DNA of 63,081 nt, counting the filler, from Basidiobolus ranarum (lineage: Eukaryota), in the NCBI GenBank assembly GCA_040143965.1. It is 8 parts of 8 records of this genome, joined end to end, with 100 filler letters (N's around TTAATTAATTAA, not from the genome) between each part and the next. Parts side by side here need not be neighbours in the genome. Positions count along the whole stretch, not along the records: positions 1 to 7,820 come from JASJQH010001058.1; positions 7,921 to 15,735 come from JASJQH010001059.1; 6 more parts are not named here. The stretch is one strand, 5' to 3'. Every line of letters begins with the position of its first letter. Within the stretch, counting starts at the first letter, position 1. The position numbers and the translations under genes are program-made. The notes below the pieces were generated by a model. That model did no database searches and was not told the origin of the DNA. It was given only the letters and a program-made list of their open reading frames with translations. Shown here piece by piece: positions 1-13,843 of this stretch.

Positions 1-1
1 G

Positions 2-1105
2 AATCAGGAGGCTCATGTTGGTATTGGAAAAGCTGGTCGGGAAGGGCTTCAGGCCGCTAGATCCAGTGACTACTCTATCGCTCGCTTTTGCTTCTTGCAA
101 AGATTGTTGCTGGTGCATGGTAGATGGTGCTATGTTAGAATCTCCAAATTCGTATTGGGCACCTTCTACAAATGCGTTACTTTCTATCCTACTCAATTCT
201 TTTTCCAGGCTTTCACCGGGTTTAGTGGAACCTCGTTGTATGAGCAATGGACACTCTCCTTATACAATACTCTCTTCTCGGCCTTACCGGTTTTAGTTCT
301 CGGAATGTTTGAGAAAGATCTTAACGCCGAAACTTTGCTACGATTCCCCAGCCTGTATAAGACTGGACAGAATAACGAGATGTTTAATCTGAAAGTGTTT
401 TGGATTTGGATGATTAACGGTGTGATTCAATCAGTGTGGATCACTTATATTCCATTGATTACTCAGGGCGCATTGAGTAGAGGGGATGTAGAAGATTCTC
501 CACAATTGTACTTCCTAGGAGTCATTGTTTACACCGCAGTGGTTCTTGTGGTTACCATCAAGTTGTCTCTTTTAGAGAGCCACAATTGGACCTGGATAAC
601 TGCTTTTGCAACCATCGGTACCATCGGGCTATGGTTCATCTGGCAATTGGCTTTCTCGCTTATTTACAAACCACAAGATGCCACCAATGGGTACGAAGTA
701 TATGGTGTATTCCAAGCAATGGTGGGGCATGCCGATTTCTGGGGAGCATTGGTTCTTGTAGTGGTTGCAGCACTTGTTCCAAGAGTCACACTGATCGTAC
801 TAAAGCGTAGTTTCTGGCCAACCGAAGTCGATAAGTTCCAAGAATGGGAGAAGGATGAACAGAAGATATCACGAATTCAAGAGAAAGGCGATTCAACCGA
901 AGGAGCATCCAAACGACAAAGCTTATTGAAAAGACTCAGTCCCTGGTCAAGTAAGCGATCAAGCCGGGCGTGCAAGCTACCTGAATTGGGTGGACGTAGT
1001 GGTTGGATGGGGAGACCTGCAAGATTAAGCGCGCATCTTGAAACACAGGAGTATGAGAACTTCGCACTGTCCGAATCTTCAATACATAAAACCAACTCAA
1101 ATTGA
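2..1105 (+). CDS. P4-type phospholipid-translocating ATPase (flippase), C-terminal part; 5' end outside the window
   Basis: Frame open from base 2: QEAHVGIG..GREGLQAARSSDYSIARF..LQRLLLVHGRW, then FTGFSGTSLYEQW..YNTLFSALPV and transmembrane helices typical of the Drs2/Dnf C-terminus. Confidence 0.93.
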   Translation, partial: NQEAHVGIGKAGREGLQAARSSDYSIARFCFLQRLLLVHGRWCYVRISKFVLGTFYKCVTFYPTQFFFQAFTGFSGTSLYEQWTLSLYNTLFSALPVLVLGMFEKDLNAETLLRFPSLYKTGQNNEMFNLKVFWIWMINGVIQSVWITYIPLITQGALSRGDVEDSPQLYFLGVIVYTAVVLVVTIKLSLLESHNWTWITAFATIGTIGLWFIWQLAFSLIYKPQDATNGYEVYGVFQAMVGHADFWGALVLVVVAALVPRVTLIVLKRSFWPTEVDKFQEWEKDEQKISRIQEKGDSTEGASKRQSLLKRLSPWSSKRSSRACKLPELGGRSGWMGRPARLSAHLETQEYENFALSESSIHKTNSN

Positions 1106-1885
1106 TCCACACCCAGTAACGTCTAAGTCCCTCTTAGCATTCATTTTTCGCCCTCGATAGATTCGAGTTCTAAATTGTATAGGTTTTGAAATATTTTGGT
1201 AGCCATCGTACTGAATGGTCGATGCTTATTCGACGTATCTCAATGCTTTTTCTCTCTATATTCAGTGACTTTACCACTTTTGATCTTCGCATAACTGAAG
1301 TTTGGAACATAATTTCATGTTCATACACTTTCCTTCATTCATTTCATATCCACAACATATTCCGTAGGAACTGACCTTCGTAGCCTCTCAACCGAGGGCA
1401 TATAGCTATCCATTTGGCCCTGTATCCATCAGACTACACACGTACATAAAAAATTATGGATCTTTTAAATTAAAAGTACTTCCAATTATTCGCCACATTC
1501 ACTAAATAAACTACCAGTAAAACTTCATTCTCAAGGAGGGGTATGTTCATTGGTGATTTTTGCATTACAAATCTATCCCCAAATTGTACATTTATGGAAG
1601 GGATTTCTATGAATCTATTCTTCAAGACAGCTCAAACGATGAATATGTTAATTTTACCAATTAATCCATTATTTGAGCGAATCACCATTTGAATCTTATG
1701 CATCAAGGAGAAATTTTATAACAGTGAGTCGATAAGATGGAAGGAGTTTGGTTTGCTAGATTCTAGTGAAATCTGCTAGAATTAAAGAGATATCCAGCTC
1801 TAACAGCGAGTAAAGCGTAGAGCATTAGTACCTGTCTTCATCGAGTTTTCCCTTGCTCATTTATTGACCTCCTTCATAGACCAAT

Positions 1886-3093
1886 ATGGTCAGCGAACAA
1901 AAGAAATTAAGTAAAAATGAACTGAAAAAATGGGTCAGAATAGAAAGAAAACGGGAATATTCATATGGTGTCATGGCAAAGCTTGAGGGTCGAGAGGTTT
2001 CTGAGTTGTTCAGTTTAGAAAGTACAAGCATCATATGTATAGCAAACGCTGGCTCTGGAGCTATGGGTAGTATTCACTTTAACCAGTTGTGCGAGGTTTT
2101 GGCCAGTTTTGAAGGTTATATGGAGGCCAAACAAAGCGCTTACGGGAGAGTTAGTATCCTTCCATGTTTTTGCTATTAAGCGTGATTAAATTGGTGAACA
2201 CCTATAAGTAATTCAACTTCTTTCTATCATAGCCTTACACTTTCGTTAAATACGCCGATTCTGATTGCGCTAAGATAGTAAAAGAAAAATTTCACATGAC
2301 AGCAACCGAACATTTCGATGGAAAGATCCTGTTCGTTGAATATGTAGAACAGGCAAAAAGTCCTTTTGCGATTTCCAAGCCTTCAGAAGAACTCATCCCA
2401 GGATTGATATTCATACAAGATTATATCACTGTTGAGGAAGAGGAACACATATTATCAGAGTTGGAGAAGTTACCCGATTGGAAATATGTGAATAAGAGAT
2501 TCGTCGTATGTATTAATTGATAATCTCTTCAACCTTCTCTCTCTGATTTCTCTTGAAACTAGCAACATTTTGGCCATGCATACGATTATAAAACTAAACA
2601 TGTGGGGGACTCATCGATGACTAGTTCAGTGACCTTTCCTGGATTCATACAAACCTTTCTTGACAAGATGGCCACTGATATGCCGGAACTTCCTCGCTGT
2701 GATCAAGTGACCGTTTCTAGATACCCTAGTGGGTCGGGAATTACCTCTCATGTAGACACGCATTCAGCATTTGACACAGCGATCTATATTCTCAGCTTGA
2801 AGAGCTCAGTGGTAATGGATTTCAAGAACCTTGAGAATGATGAGACGGTTTCCATTGAACTGCCTCGAAGATCATTAGCTATTACTACTCAGGACTCTAG
2901 ATACTCGTGGGAGCACGGAATCAAAGAGCGAAAAACCGACCTTTTGCCCAATGGAATGGTCATCGAAAGAGATGATCGCCTATCATTTACCTGTCGTCGG
3001 ATTCTCCCGGACTCTATTTGTCATTGTCAATGGCCACAGTATTGTGATCGCCACATATCTACAGTTTCGCCTGGATCCGAAGTTAATCCTTGA
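1886..3093 (+). CDS. ALKBH8-like protein (RRM + Fe(II)/2-oxoglutarate dioxygenase + short Cys cluster), 3 exons, no methyltransferase domain
   Basis: Introns 2150-2232 and 2506-2562 (GT..AG) join the ORFs. Motifs: IPGLIFIQDYITVEEE, QHFGHAYDY, GITSHVDTH (HxD), WEHGIKERK, RLSFTCR, CHC..YCD. Confidence 0.85.
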
Positions 3094-5029
3094 CTTACAG
3101 TCAATTGAATCGAACAAAGTGTACCAAATGGCAATCAACTTAAGTAAATTAATTCAAATCTCCACATCAGACTTTTAGGGAGTCACTGGTTGAAATGTAA
3201 CAAAAAACCCATTCTTTCAATGAATTTTCAAAACATTTGTGATCGCAAGATACTACTGCCCCTGCCACTCATAAACAGTGACGCCACAAGGCGGAATATC
3301 TAGCGAAGTGATGCATTAAACATCCGAGGTTAAATAAGTGCCTATGATTTGGAATCTGGTTATGAGGTTGGTGCTGCATTGTTCCATGTTGTGAGGTGAA
3401 ATGTAGATACTATTGATTATTCTGCTTATGTTAGAGTTGTGGCAACGTAAGAATTGCATAGGGAGCATTACTAACAGTTAGTTGCTAGAACATTAAATGC
3501 TTCACCTATCATTGAAACTACAAATCTTATCTACCTCAAGTGTGTCATTTTTTTGCGAAATATCCTATTACATAAATAAAGGGTCAAATCCTAAAGAAAA
3601 GACCGTAGTTAATAACCATACTATGGGCCAATATATAGCTCAAAGTGTGACGGTCATAGTAGTTAACCATTATATACTGTAGTGACAGGTAATCCTGTTT
3701 CCCCAAAAGAATTGATTGTTAGTAAGTGTTGACTTGGTTATCAAATTATCCATTAGAGTTCTCACTTGATGGCAATTGCCATCTTACATACTCTTATTTT
3801 ACTATAGCTTTCCTACATTGCTTGCCTCTTTGACTGATATACATTGCTTATGATTTTATGTGGACAATTTCTGATCATTTCCATGAGATGTGAAGAACGT
3901 GAGTTCTTAAATTTGATTTTGCAGTAAAGATTCTCTATCAGGACTATTGAAACAGTAACGGATACGCATATTCTTGTGAAGCATAGTAAGCACTATAAAA
4001 TAGCAGGGAATATTGCATATGTTGAAGTGACTCTCAAATGATACTTAGAAAAACCCACTAAGTAAAGCTCCATGAAGTATACAAGTTTACCAAATATGCT
4101 TCTCACTCATGAACCAAGTATCTAAGCAGTCGAATCAGACATATGATGATTACGATTTATGATTTCGTTGAGGGTATTTACAATATTAGTTAGTCTAAAT
4201 TCTTAAACTTCAATGAGCAAAGTATGATGGTCATGAGCCAGCTGCAGATTTGCACTATCATGATGGTAGTTGTTTTGACAAATACAGAAACTAATGAATT
4301 CTTACAGATACACTGGATGAACAGGAATGAGATATGTTTCAACTATGCTTGTCCATACCATTGGTGAGTTGTAGATTAATCCACAGTGAGATGAATTTTA
4401 CCACCTCCACAAATCAAATGCTTTAGCCAAAAATAGCAATTAATATACCACATGCCACTATTTTTAATTCAACCCTCGATCAACATGAATGACTCACTTA
4501 GAACTAGAGCTATATTGCGTTATCATAGATAATTCAATAGCACCTTAAACCTAGAGAAACCGTTCCTAACTCGTCTACTTTTGGAGAAGTATGCTTCATC
4601 AGTAAAAGCACGCCAGGATAGGATTATCTATATATAGAACAAGTATACGCTGTTAAACTAAAGATAACAATTGGTTGAAGTGCCTTTATAGGATCGTTTG
4701 GCTGCCTATGAAAACATCGATTAAAATGGAAATTTGCTCCCTGAATAAATCCCCAAATTTGTCTTTATTGCCCACATCTGATAAATTTTCCGTAAGAGGT
4801 GTTTTGTTACAGATTCAATGATCATGTAACCATATACTTAGTGTATCAAGTACAATATCGGGTGAAATGAATGGATTCCAAAGAATGTGTCTGTGTTTCA
4901 TAATAATTATCACGACAATGTCTTAGAGGCTACTAGGAGTAAACATATATTCAATTTTTATTACAATTCAACAAATATGACAATCAACACAATCAAAACT
5001 TCGATTCGAACATTGAAGGCTAGACATAT

Positions 5030-5557
5030 TTAGCTATAGTCCCCAGGGATGACGACCTCACATCCTGCTGTACTAAGTCCCATATTACAGTCATTTTTTT
5101 CATTACAGCAGCGAATACAATATTTGCCGGTATTTGGCTCAATTAAACTGACAAAATAAGTGTATCCTGCGCATCCAGAGTTGGCTGGAGCTCCTCGATT
5201 ATCAAACTGGCCACCACCATCTGTGGGGGATAGTTTATATGCAGCAGGGTTCATTTTTCCAGTTACTTGAACGTAGGTAGCGGTCTGGTTGAAGTGGGCA
5301 CTCTGAATAAAGCCTTGAGGCAATATCTGTGCCTTTGGAGCGACTGGATTAGGTTGAGTACAGAATACAACCGCATCATCCTCGTGCTCACCGATTATAT
5401 CACCGGGCTGGGATGGTAGGAAGAGACAGAAACTCTCAGTGCTGTTCAAGACAGTCAAGTGATTAATAGTAGGGTCACCAACAGAGATTGGCTTTCCAAT
5501 AACTGAACTGGTGACAGCCAGAAGGACGGCAATGGACGAGAATGGCTTAGTGAACAT
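5030..5557 (-). CDS. Small secreted cysteine-containing protein of a conserved fungal family, function unknown
   Basis: ATG at 5557 begins a signal peptide (MFTKPFSSIAVLLAVTSSVIG). Motifs FCLFLP, GFIQSAHF, YVQVTG, DGGGQFD, YCIRCC. TATAAATA on the minus strand at about 5611-5618. Confidence 0.8.
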   Translation of the reverse strand: MFTKPFSSIAVLLAVTSSVIGKPISVGDPTINHLTVLNSTESFCLFLPSQPGDIIGEHEDDAVVFCTQPNPVAPKAQILPQGFIQSAHFNQTATYVQVTGKMNPAAYKLSPTDGGGQFDNRGAPANSGCAGYTYFVSLIEPNTGKYCIRCCNEKNDCNMGLSTAGCEVVIPGDYS

Positions 5558-7235
5558 GGTGAGAGTAGTAGACGTAAGAAATGAATATAGAAGCACTATT
5601 CTCCAAGGCCTATTTATACCTTTTCTGGATAGCAACCCACCAGACGAGTTGAGAGACCCACAAATTCCTGTCTCTCACTATTGTCATTAATGAGATCATT
5701 TAACACGTTGAATAGATGAAATCAGTCTTGTCGGCGCAGTATGTCAAAACTCATATTTTCGATAAACTCAACTATATCAAATTCGAATTTGGTGTTATTC
5801 GGGCAAATACTATTTTGGAATTAGTATCATATGACGAAGTGAAACTTGTTATCAGGGGAGACCCAAAGGAAATCGCAAATAATCTTTTATCGATCTGCCG
5901 TTAGTCGATTAACACTGCTTTGGTGCATCCTTATACACATGCAACTCGTGTATATCCAAGCCAACGAGAGGTAATTTGTAGTGTTCAGATAGCAGTGCCC
6001 GTTTAGCCTCAATACTTGAATTTAGACCGCTCTGATACCATCACTAATACGAATATCTCTCGCTAAAGGGAGTGGGATTTTGGAATTAGCCGATATTCTC
6101 AATTCAGCTTTATCCAAGGCGTGTGGACCTTGGCAATTAATTTCCATTTGTAATCCTATTATACCCTTCATGTATATTCATATGTGCTCAAAGTATTTAA
6201 TCTTACACAGCTATAAAAGCTCTGATTGGACAAATTCGCATATAGGTCTTAATTGTATCAGACAAGCTGTGCACCTTTAATAAGACTTGAGGGTGTAGGC
6301 GAGAAGATAACCCAAATGTATACGAAGCGTTATGGTTTGAATGGGATATTCAAGTGGCAGTTTTTACATAAGAATCATATCAGTGGCATTGAAACTTGGA
6401 TTCGTAGTTGAAACTGGGTTACGTAAACGATGTGGAAAGCGGCAGAATACAAGTGAGCACCAGGAATAAACCTTTACACGAGGCGCGTCATAATAGGTAA
6501 GTACCATTTGCATCGTTTATTATCTCTTATCCGTATAAGGCAATAACTCAGCAAAGATAAGAGTAGGTGCCTAACAACAGTATGTCTCTAATCAGCTAAA
6601 CATTACTCTCTTGTCCGCCATCCACGGTTGCCTTTTGTTCTTGTATTAATGAAGGGGATTTCCATTTCTAGAATATTAAGGGCTTTCAGGTGCTCATTGG
6701 TTATATTTGACTTCCGTTGAAGTAATCATTGGCAAAGGATAAATCAATTATTAAGTTGCTAAGACTAGTTTGGATATATTGGGGCGCATCCGAGCATTTT
6801 ACGACTTAGTTTCAATGACCTGAACCATATATGTTAAAAGGTCTGAGGTTGATGTCAACGTCTATTGATAGACTATAAAGCCAAATCACGAATAACGTGT
6901 ACGAAGAAGAAGAATTCTATTTGTTCTTGAAAATAAAACTGCATACTATTTATCAATAAGTCAGGTACATCACAGATCACGATTTGCGAGGTGCTAGCTA
7001 GTTTGTGGCTACCTTGTGTTCTTTCAGTAGTATTGAAACAATTATTCCAGTCACTCCAGGAGTAACAATGGAAATGGTGACACCTCAATTGGAATGACTA
7101 CACTTTCTCATATCAGGCCGACATCCTATGGCATGGAAGTGTATTTGCTGCCTTATGTTATTCTTTTCTGTCTTTTGCATTTGCAAATCTGGTTCCACAG
7201 AGAGCGGAATTGCAAAGAGCTAATGATGTAGTTCT

Positions 7236-7368
7236 TGTTGAAATTAGTGTTGTCTAAACATCTACATAGTCATATGTAGCTTAGTATTTAGTTATCCTAT
7301 ATTTCACTGAGATATCACTGATTACTCTCAATTGGAATTTACTTAGAATATTGATACTAGCTTAGAAG
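7236..7368 (+). mobile_element. Copia family A LTR, 5' portion, interrupted by a family B element
   Basis: Starts TGTTGAAATTAG and matches the A LTRs at 15258, 21547-21892 and 30348-30695 up to CTTAGAAG. Confidence 0.8.
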
Positions 7369-7820
7369 TATTGGGAAAATATAGGCTGTTTGGAGGAACT
7401 TTAGAAAAGTGCAGTTGTGAATAGCTTTGTGAGATAATTATTTATTGTCCAGAAATAAAGCATTTATACTTTTTGATAGAAATATAGAAAACTAACACTG
7501 GGGTTGTGTTCAGAACATCTGTGGGAGTAAAATGAGCAATCTTTGGGGAAATTTGGATGAGTTTGAAATTTCCAATATGGAATTGCTAATTCTCACATTA
7601 TTCACATATATATAATAAATGTTCCAATTTTCAGCTAAGTGATATTTGACTAAGTAATGTTAACTAACTTGTATGTGATATATGAAATAGTTGGGTGTAT
7701 AAAGATAGAGATAACAAATATGACAAAGACAATAAACTTCAACACTCCCACTCAACTAAATATTCATATATCTTAATCCTAACTTAAATCTTAATTCTGC
7801 AAATTTAGGATTTGGTAATG
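7369..7820 (-). mobile_element. Copia family B 3' LTR (7369-7744) with polypurine tract and RNase H C-terminus
   Basis: Minus strand reads LPNPKFAELRFKLGLRYMNI*, then TTGAGTGGGAG (PPT), then TGTTGAAGTTTATTG...; highly similar to 23313-23637. Confidence 0.85.
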
Positions 7821-7920
7821 NNNNNNNNNNNNNNNNNNNNNNNNNNNNNNNNNNNNNNNNNNNNTTAATTAATTAANNNNNNNNNNNNNNNNNNNNNNNN
7901 NNNNNNNNNNNNNNNNNNNN
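7821..7920. other. Artificial contig linker N44-TTAATTAATTAA-N44 (also at 15736-15835, 23638-23737, 31537-31636, 39427-39526, 47317-47416, 55203-55302)
   Basis: Identical 100-nt spacer with stop codons in all six frames. Flanking segments are 7820, 7815, 7802, 7799, 7790, 7790, 7786 and 7779 nt, i.e. length-sorted. Confidence 0.98.
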
Positions 7921-8945
7921 TGTAACTTTTGTCCCTACACCCACATTCGCATCCACCTACTCTAGTCTTTCGTTGAATTGTATTTCCTGCATCCACTCAC
8001 TCATTCAAGTACTCACTCTCAAACCTTTGCCGTTTCTAGTTCACCGTGCCAATATCTTGAACCGAGACTACACTCATATGGGTGCAGGATTAGACCCACG
8101 AGGTAACTTCTGGACACAAGCTTTCGCCAGAGTTCGTGGCAATATCAATTACAATCGAGTTCCAATCTGTCCCTAAGCCTAGATATTAGGGTTAGATTTA
8201 GTGCTGCCATTCACGTTAGCCATTCTCAACTAGACTGTAACACTGCAGAAGATATACCTGTTCATTTTATATCACTACCCATCAATAATCAAAAGGAATA
8301 AAATCAGCATTCCCCGTGAATATGTCCATTGATTTGATAATAGTAATCGTCTATCGTTGCCAAATACCTAGCCACAGCAATATAAAAAAGTAAACTGTCA
8401 ATGGTAGAGAGTAATACTAATGTCCTAACCGAAAATCCATATCTCATTACCAATTGTGTTAGTTGTATGAGTGGAAAAGAAATCGTCCTACGTCATACAT
8501 CCTTGTATCACATGCCAAGAACTCATTTGAAACAAACATCAACATATTTTATATAATGTGGATATCCGCATTCATTTTGTTATGCGTATTGATATGGATA
8601 TTTGCAAGAATGAGGAGGATGATTCTGGATTTGATCACCTAGTCCCGCTAATTAGAGTTAGGTCCGTCCGGTAGATCATCCGATCCCCGGTTAGTGACGC
8701 GAGTGTCTCCCAAATTTAGATTGAAAGACTGGCTAAAACATAAGGGTCAGATATGGTCAAAGGTTTCAAATCCCGAAAGGTTTGCACCGCTTTGAAACCC
8801 CCATGTCACTTTCACAATGGCCAGGAATTGGTTGGGGGAGTGATAATAAGGGGGATGAGAGAGTGAATGGGTGATTAAAAGGAAGTGTGGTGCACGTATA
8901 AACAAGCATGGATTTTGCCTTTCTTTCTTACCTCTTCTATTCATT

Positions 8946-10022
8946 ATGTCGGATTATACCAAAACTAACATTGTCACTCTCACTCGTTACTTGATCAGTC
9001 AACAATCTACAGTTGCTCCCGAAGCTACTGGTGACTTCACTTTATTGATGGCGTCTATTCAACTGGGATCTAAATATGTGGCAACCCAGGTTCGCAAGGC
9101 ACGCCTTCTTGAATTGTAAGTAATCCTTCTGCATATATCCAAATCGATAAACCTATATTAATCGACGTGCTCTAGGGTTGGTCTTGCAGGAAGTACCAAT
9201 GTTCAAGGAGAGGAAGTCAAGAAACTTGATCTTCTAGCTAATGAGATTTTCATAAATGCACTAAACTCCTCCGGAAAGGTTTCTGTTATGGTATCCGAAG
9301 AGAATGACGAAGCTATCTACGTTGAGGAGAAGAATATGCGTGGAAAGTACTGTGTTGTATTTGATCCATTGGATGGCAGTAGTAATATTGATTGTGGTGT
9401 CACCATCGGAACTATCTTTGGTATTTACAAGAAGGCAGAAGGTAGTGAAGGTACAATCTCTGATGTTCTTCGTCCCGGTACCGAGATGGTTGCTGCAGGT
9501 TACTGTATGTACGGTTCCTCTTGCAATATGATCCTTACTACAGGTAATGGTGTAGATGGATTTACGTTGGACAGTGCTCTGGGTGAATTTGTTCTTACAC
9601 ATCCAAACATTGAAATGTCCCCTCGGGGTAAGATATACTCTGTGAATGAAGGTAACGCCATGTATTGGGATGAAGCTTGTACCAAGTATTTTGAATCTGT
9701 AAAATTCCCCAAAGACGGAAAGAAGCCGTATTCAGCCAGATACGTTGGCTCTATGGTTGCCGATGTTCATCGTACTTTACTTTATGGAGGTATCTTTGCC
9801 TACCCCGCTGACAAAAAGTCACTTAAAGGAAAGCTTCGTGTGCTTTACGAATGCTTCCCTATGGCGATGATCATTGAACAAGCTGGAGGCCGCGCTACCA
9901 CTGGTAAACAAAGAATGCTTGAGTATGTACCTGATTCACTTCATGATCGTAGCCCTATCTTTTTGGGATCTAAAGAGGATGTTTTGGATTTAGAGGAGTT
10001 TTACAAAAAGTGCAGTCAATAG
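8946..10022 (+). CDS. FBP1: Fructose-1,6-bisphosphatase class I, 2 exons
   Basis: Intron 9116-9175. Motifs GSTNVQGEEVKKLD, VSEEND, FDPLDGSSNID, YSARYVGSMVADVHRTLLYGG, GKLRVLYECFPMA. Confidence 0.97.
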
Positions 10023-10176
10023 AATCACTCTGCTAATGGCTGCAATATTAAGCATGATCATGGCTGAGCTTAGGAAAGCAGGTTTTTGATCAAAAGACAC
10101 TCAGATCTATACAAGTTCTCCTGTAAACTACGAACATTCTCATCATTAGTACTATAGAATGTTTATTTACGTAATA

Positions 10177-10211
10177 TGCCACACAATGTGCCACACAATG
10201 TGCCACACAAT
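10177..10211 (+). repeat. 12-bp tandem repeat TGCCACACAATG, about 3 copies
   Basis: Directly visible between the convergent 3' ends of FBP1 and the Vma12-like gene. Confidence 0.9.
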
Positions 10212-10375
10212 ATATAAAAAACCTCCCCACTTTGAGAAATTATATCTGCTGACAGTTAAATCACATAGTATAATGTGGTGAGTGTTGTTTAGATGCCACG
10301 TGATAAGGGAAATGAACGGTGTATGAGTGAAAGATAATAATCAGGAAGATATTCTCATGATCAATTGGACTGAAC

Positions 10376-11295
10376 CTATTGATTCTTCTTTTGCTTCGCA
10401 GTAGGTTCTTTAGAGCGATTGGAGTAGGAAATATAAAGCCAAACTTCAGCAATCCCTACTATAAGAGCACCAGCAAGTCCAAGTAATACTTTCTGTTGAA
10501 GGGAAAAGATAGTTAATCCATTTGAAATGAAGTAATAAAGTATTGATGTGTATGGCTTACCATTCCTATATCATTCGTGACAGTATACCCAACCCAGAAG
10601 AGTGCCATAAATACTGATACCATTGTGAAAAGAATGTTAATTATCGCGGTAAGTTGGCCTTTGATTTCCTTCAACTCGTTCAAATCCAACTGAATGGAAA
10701 GACCGTCTTCAGTTTCAACGTTTTTAACCATGGAGGCATACTCTTTGTTAGCTAATTCAGCTTTAATTTTTTCAAGATGAGCGATCAATTCAGGACTCTA
10801 AAGAGATAAATTTGAAATAAATCTTTGAACTTAAATATATAGAAAAATTTCTTTAAAATACCCTGATACGTGGTTTGGGTGGTTCGGAATATACTTGACT
10901 GCCTTTAACCAGCTTGTGAAGATGATATTCTTCTTTTTCTATGTGAGGGAAAAGAAGCCCCAATTTAGCAACATAAATACACTGTTTTAAGAAATTATCC
11001 TTCACTCACCTTTAAAGGACTCTGCGTTCAATAAAGTTTGTGATAAGGCTTGTACTATTGAGAAAGAAATGGTAGATGTTTTTTGAATGACTGGTTGGTT
11101 GGCATATTCTGGATCAGTGCTTGCTTTCTCTCGCTCTATAGCAGCAAGTACCTCTATCTTATTCTCTTCCACGATTCTACGATCTTCTTCTAAAGCAGCT
11201 TCGAATTGTTTACGAAGTATTTCCGTACATTCTTCAAGTCCTAAAGCTTTCTCTGTAGCTGAACGAATTCTCTCAGTAAAAACCAAGTCAACCAT
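10376..11295 (-). CDS. V-ATPase assembly factor Vma12/TMEM199-like, about 4 exons
   Basis: Exons encode ..LHKLVKGSQVYSEP..., LIAHLEKIKAELANKEYASMVKNV, two transmembrane segments (IINILFTMVSVFMALFW; VLLGLAGALIVGIAEVWLY) and a C-terminal KKNQ* (KKXX ER-retrieval signal). Confidence 0.85.
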
Positions 11296-11546
11296 ATCAA
11301 GTGTGGGGTATTGGTGATAATTGATTACTCTTGAATATTATATTGAAAATATCGGAAGTTGCCCTATTTAACCATATGTGCTCGATTCGTTTTCCATGTA
11401 GTCTTCTAAAGATAAGTGTCATGTATGATTGGTGGTACTCCTACATCTTGCTGATGATTTGAATATTTAATAATCTATAAATTTGGATTATTTATTGGTC
11501 GTTTATTGGCTACTTATTCGGCATTAATAAAGTAAATCAATTCAAT

Positions 11547-13462
<1,916 letters not shown>

Positions 13463-13843
13463 TGAAAGGGGAAAGAGGTCCCGTTTGAACTCAGTTTTGT
13501 AAAAGGGTTGATTGGTAATTGATGACGTCTCTATGTATCGCTCTTTTCCAGAGATGCGTATCTGAAAGAATAACTTGGAAGACCAAGTTTAGTTTTATTT
13601 GGTGAGATACAAATGATAATAGTCCGTGAATGATTCTTTGGTGGCAAAGTTAGCGACTATGTTTTCTATATAAGGGTGCAGTTTGTTCGTTGACGAAGCA
13701 CCAAAATCTTCTATTAAGACGTAGAAAGGAATACAGGGGCTCTATTACAACAAGAGACAGATTTGATCAGGTGGCTGAGTAACGTAGCATCAGTAATATA
13801 TTGACTGGAGTATGTCTATATATGCTAAGATACTTAAATATGT

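Noticed and set aside
7236..7744. Single chimeric 509-bp LTR (family A/B recombinant)
   Set aside because: The PPT and RNase H orientation and a T(G>A)TTG terminus at 7369 show a family B element nested in a family A LTR.
7921..8242. Possible LTR (TGTAAC...GTAACA)
   Set aside because: Starts at the contig edge, has no second copy, and shows no TSD, PBS or PPT.
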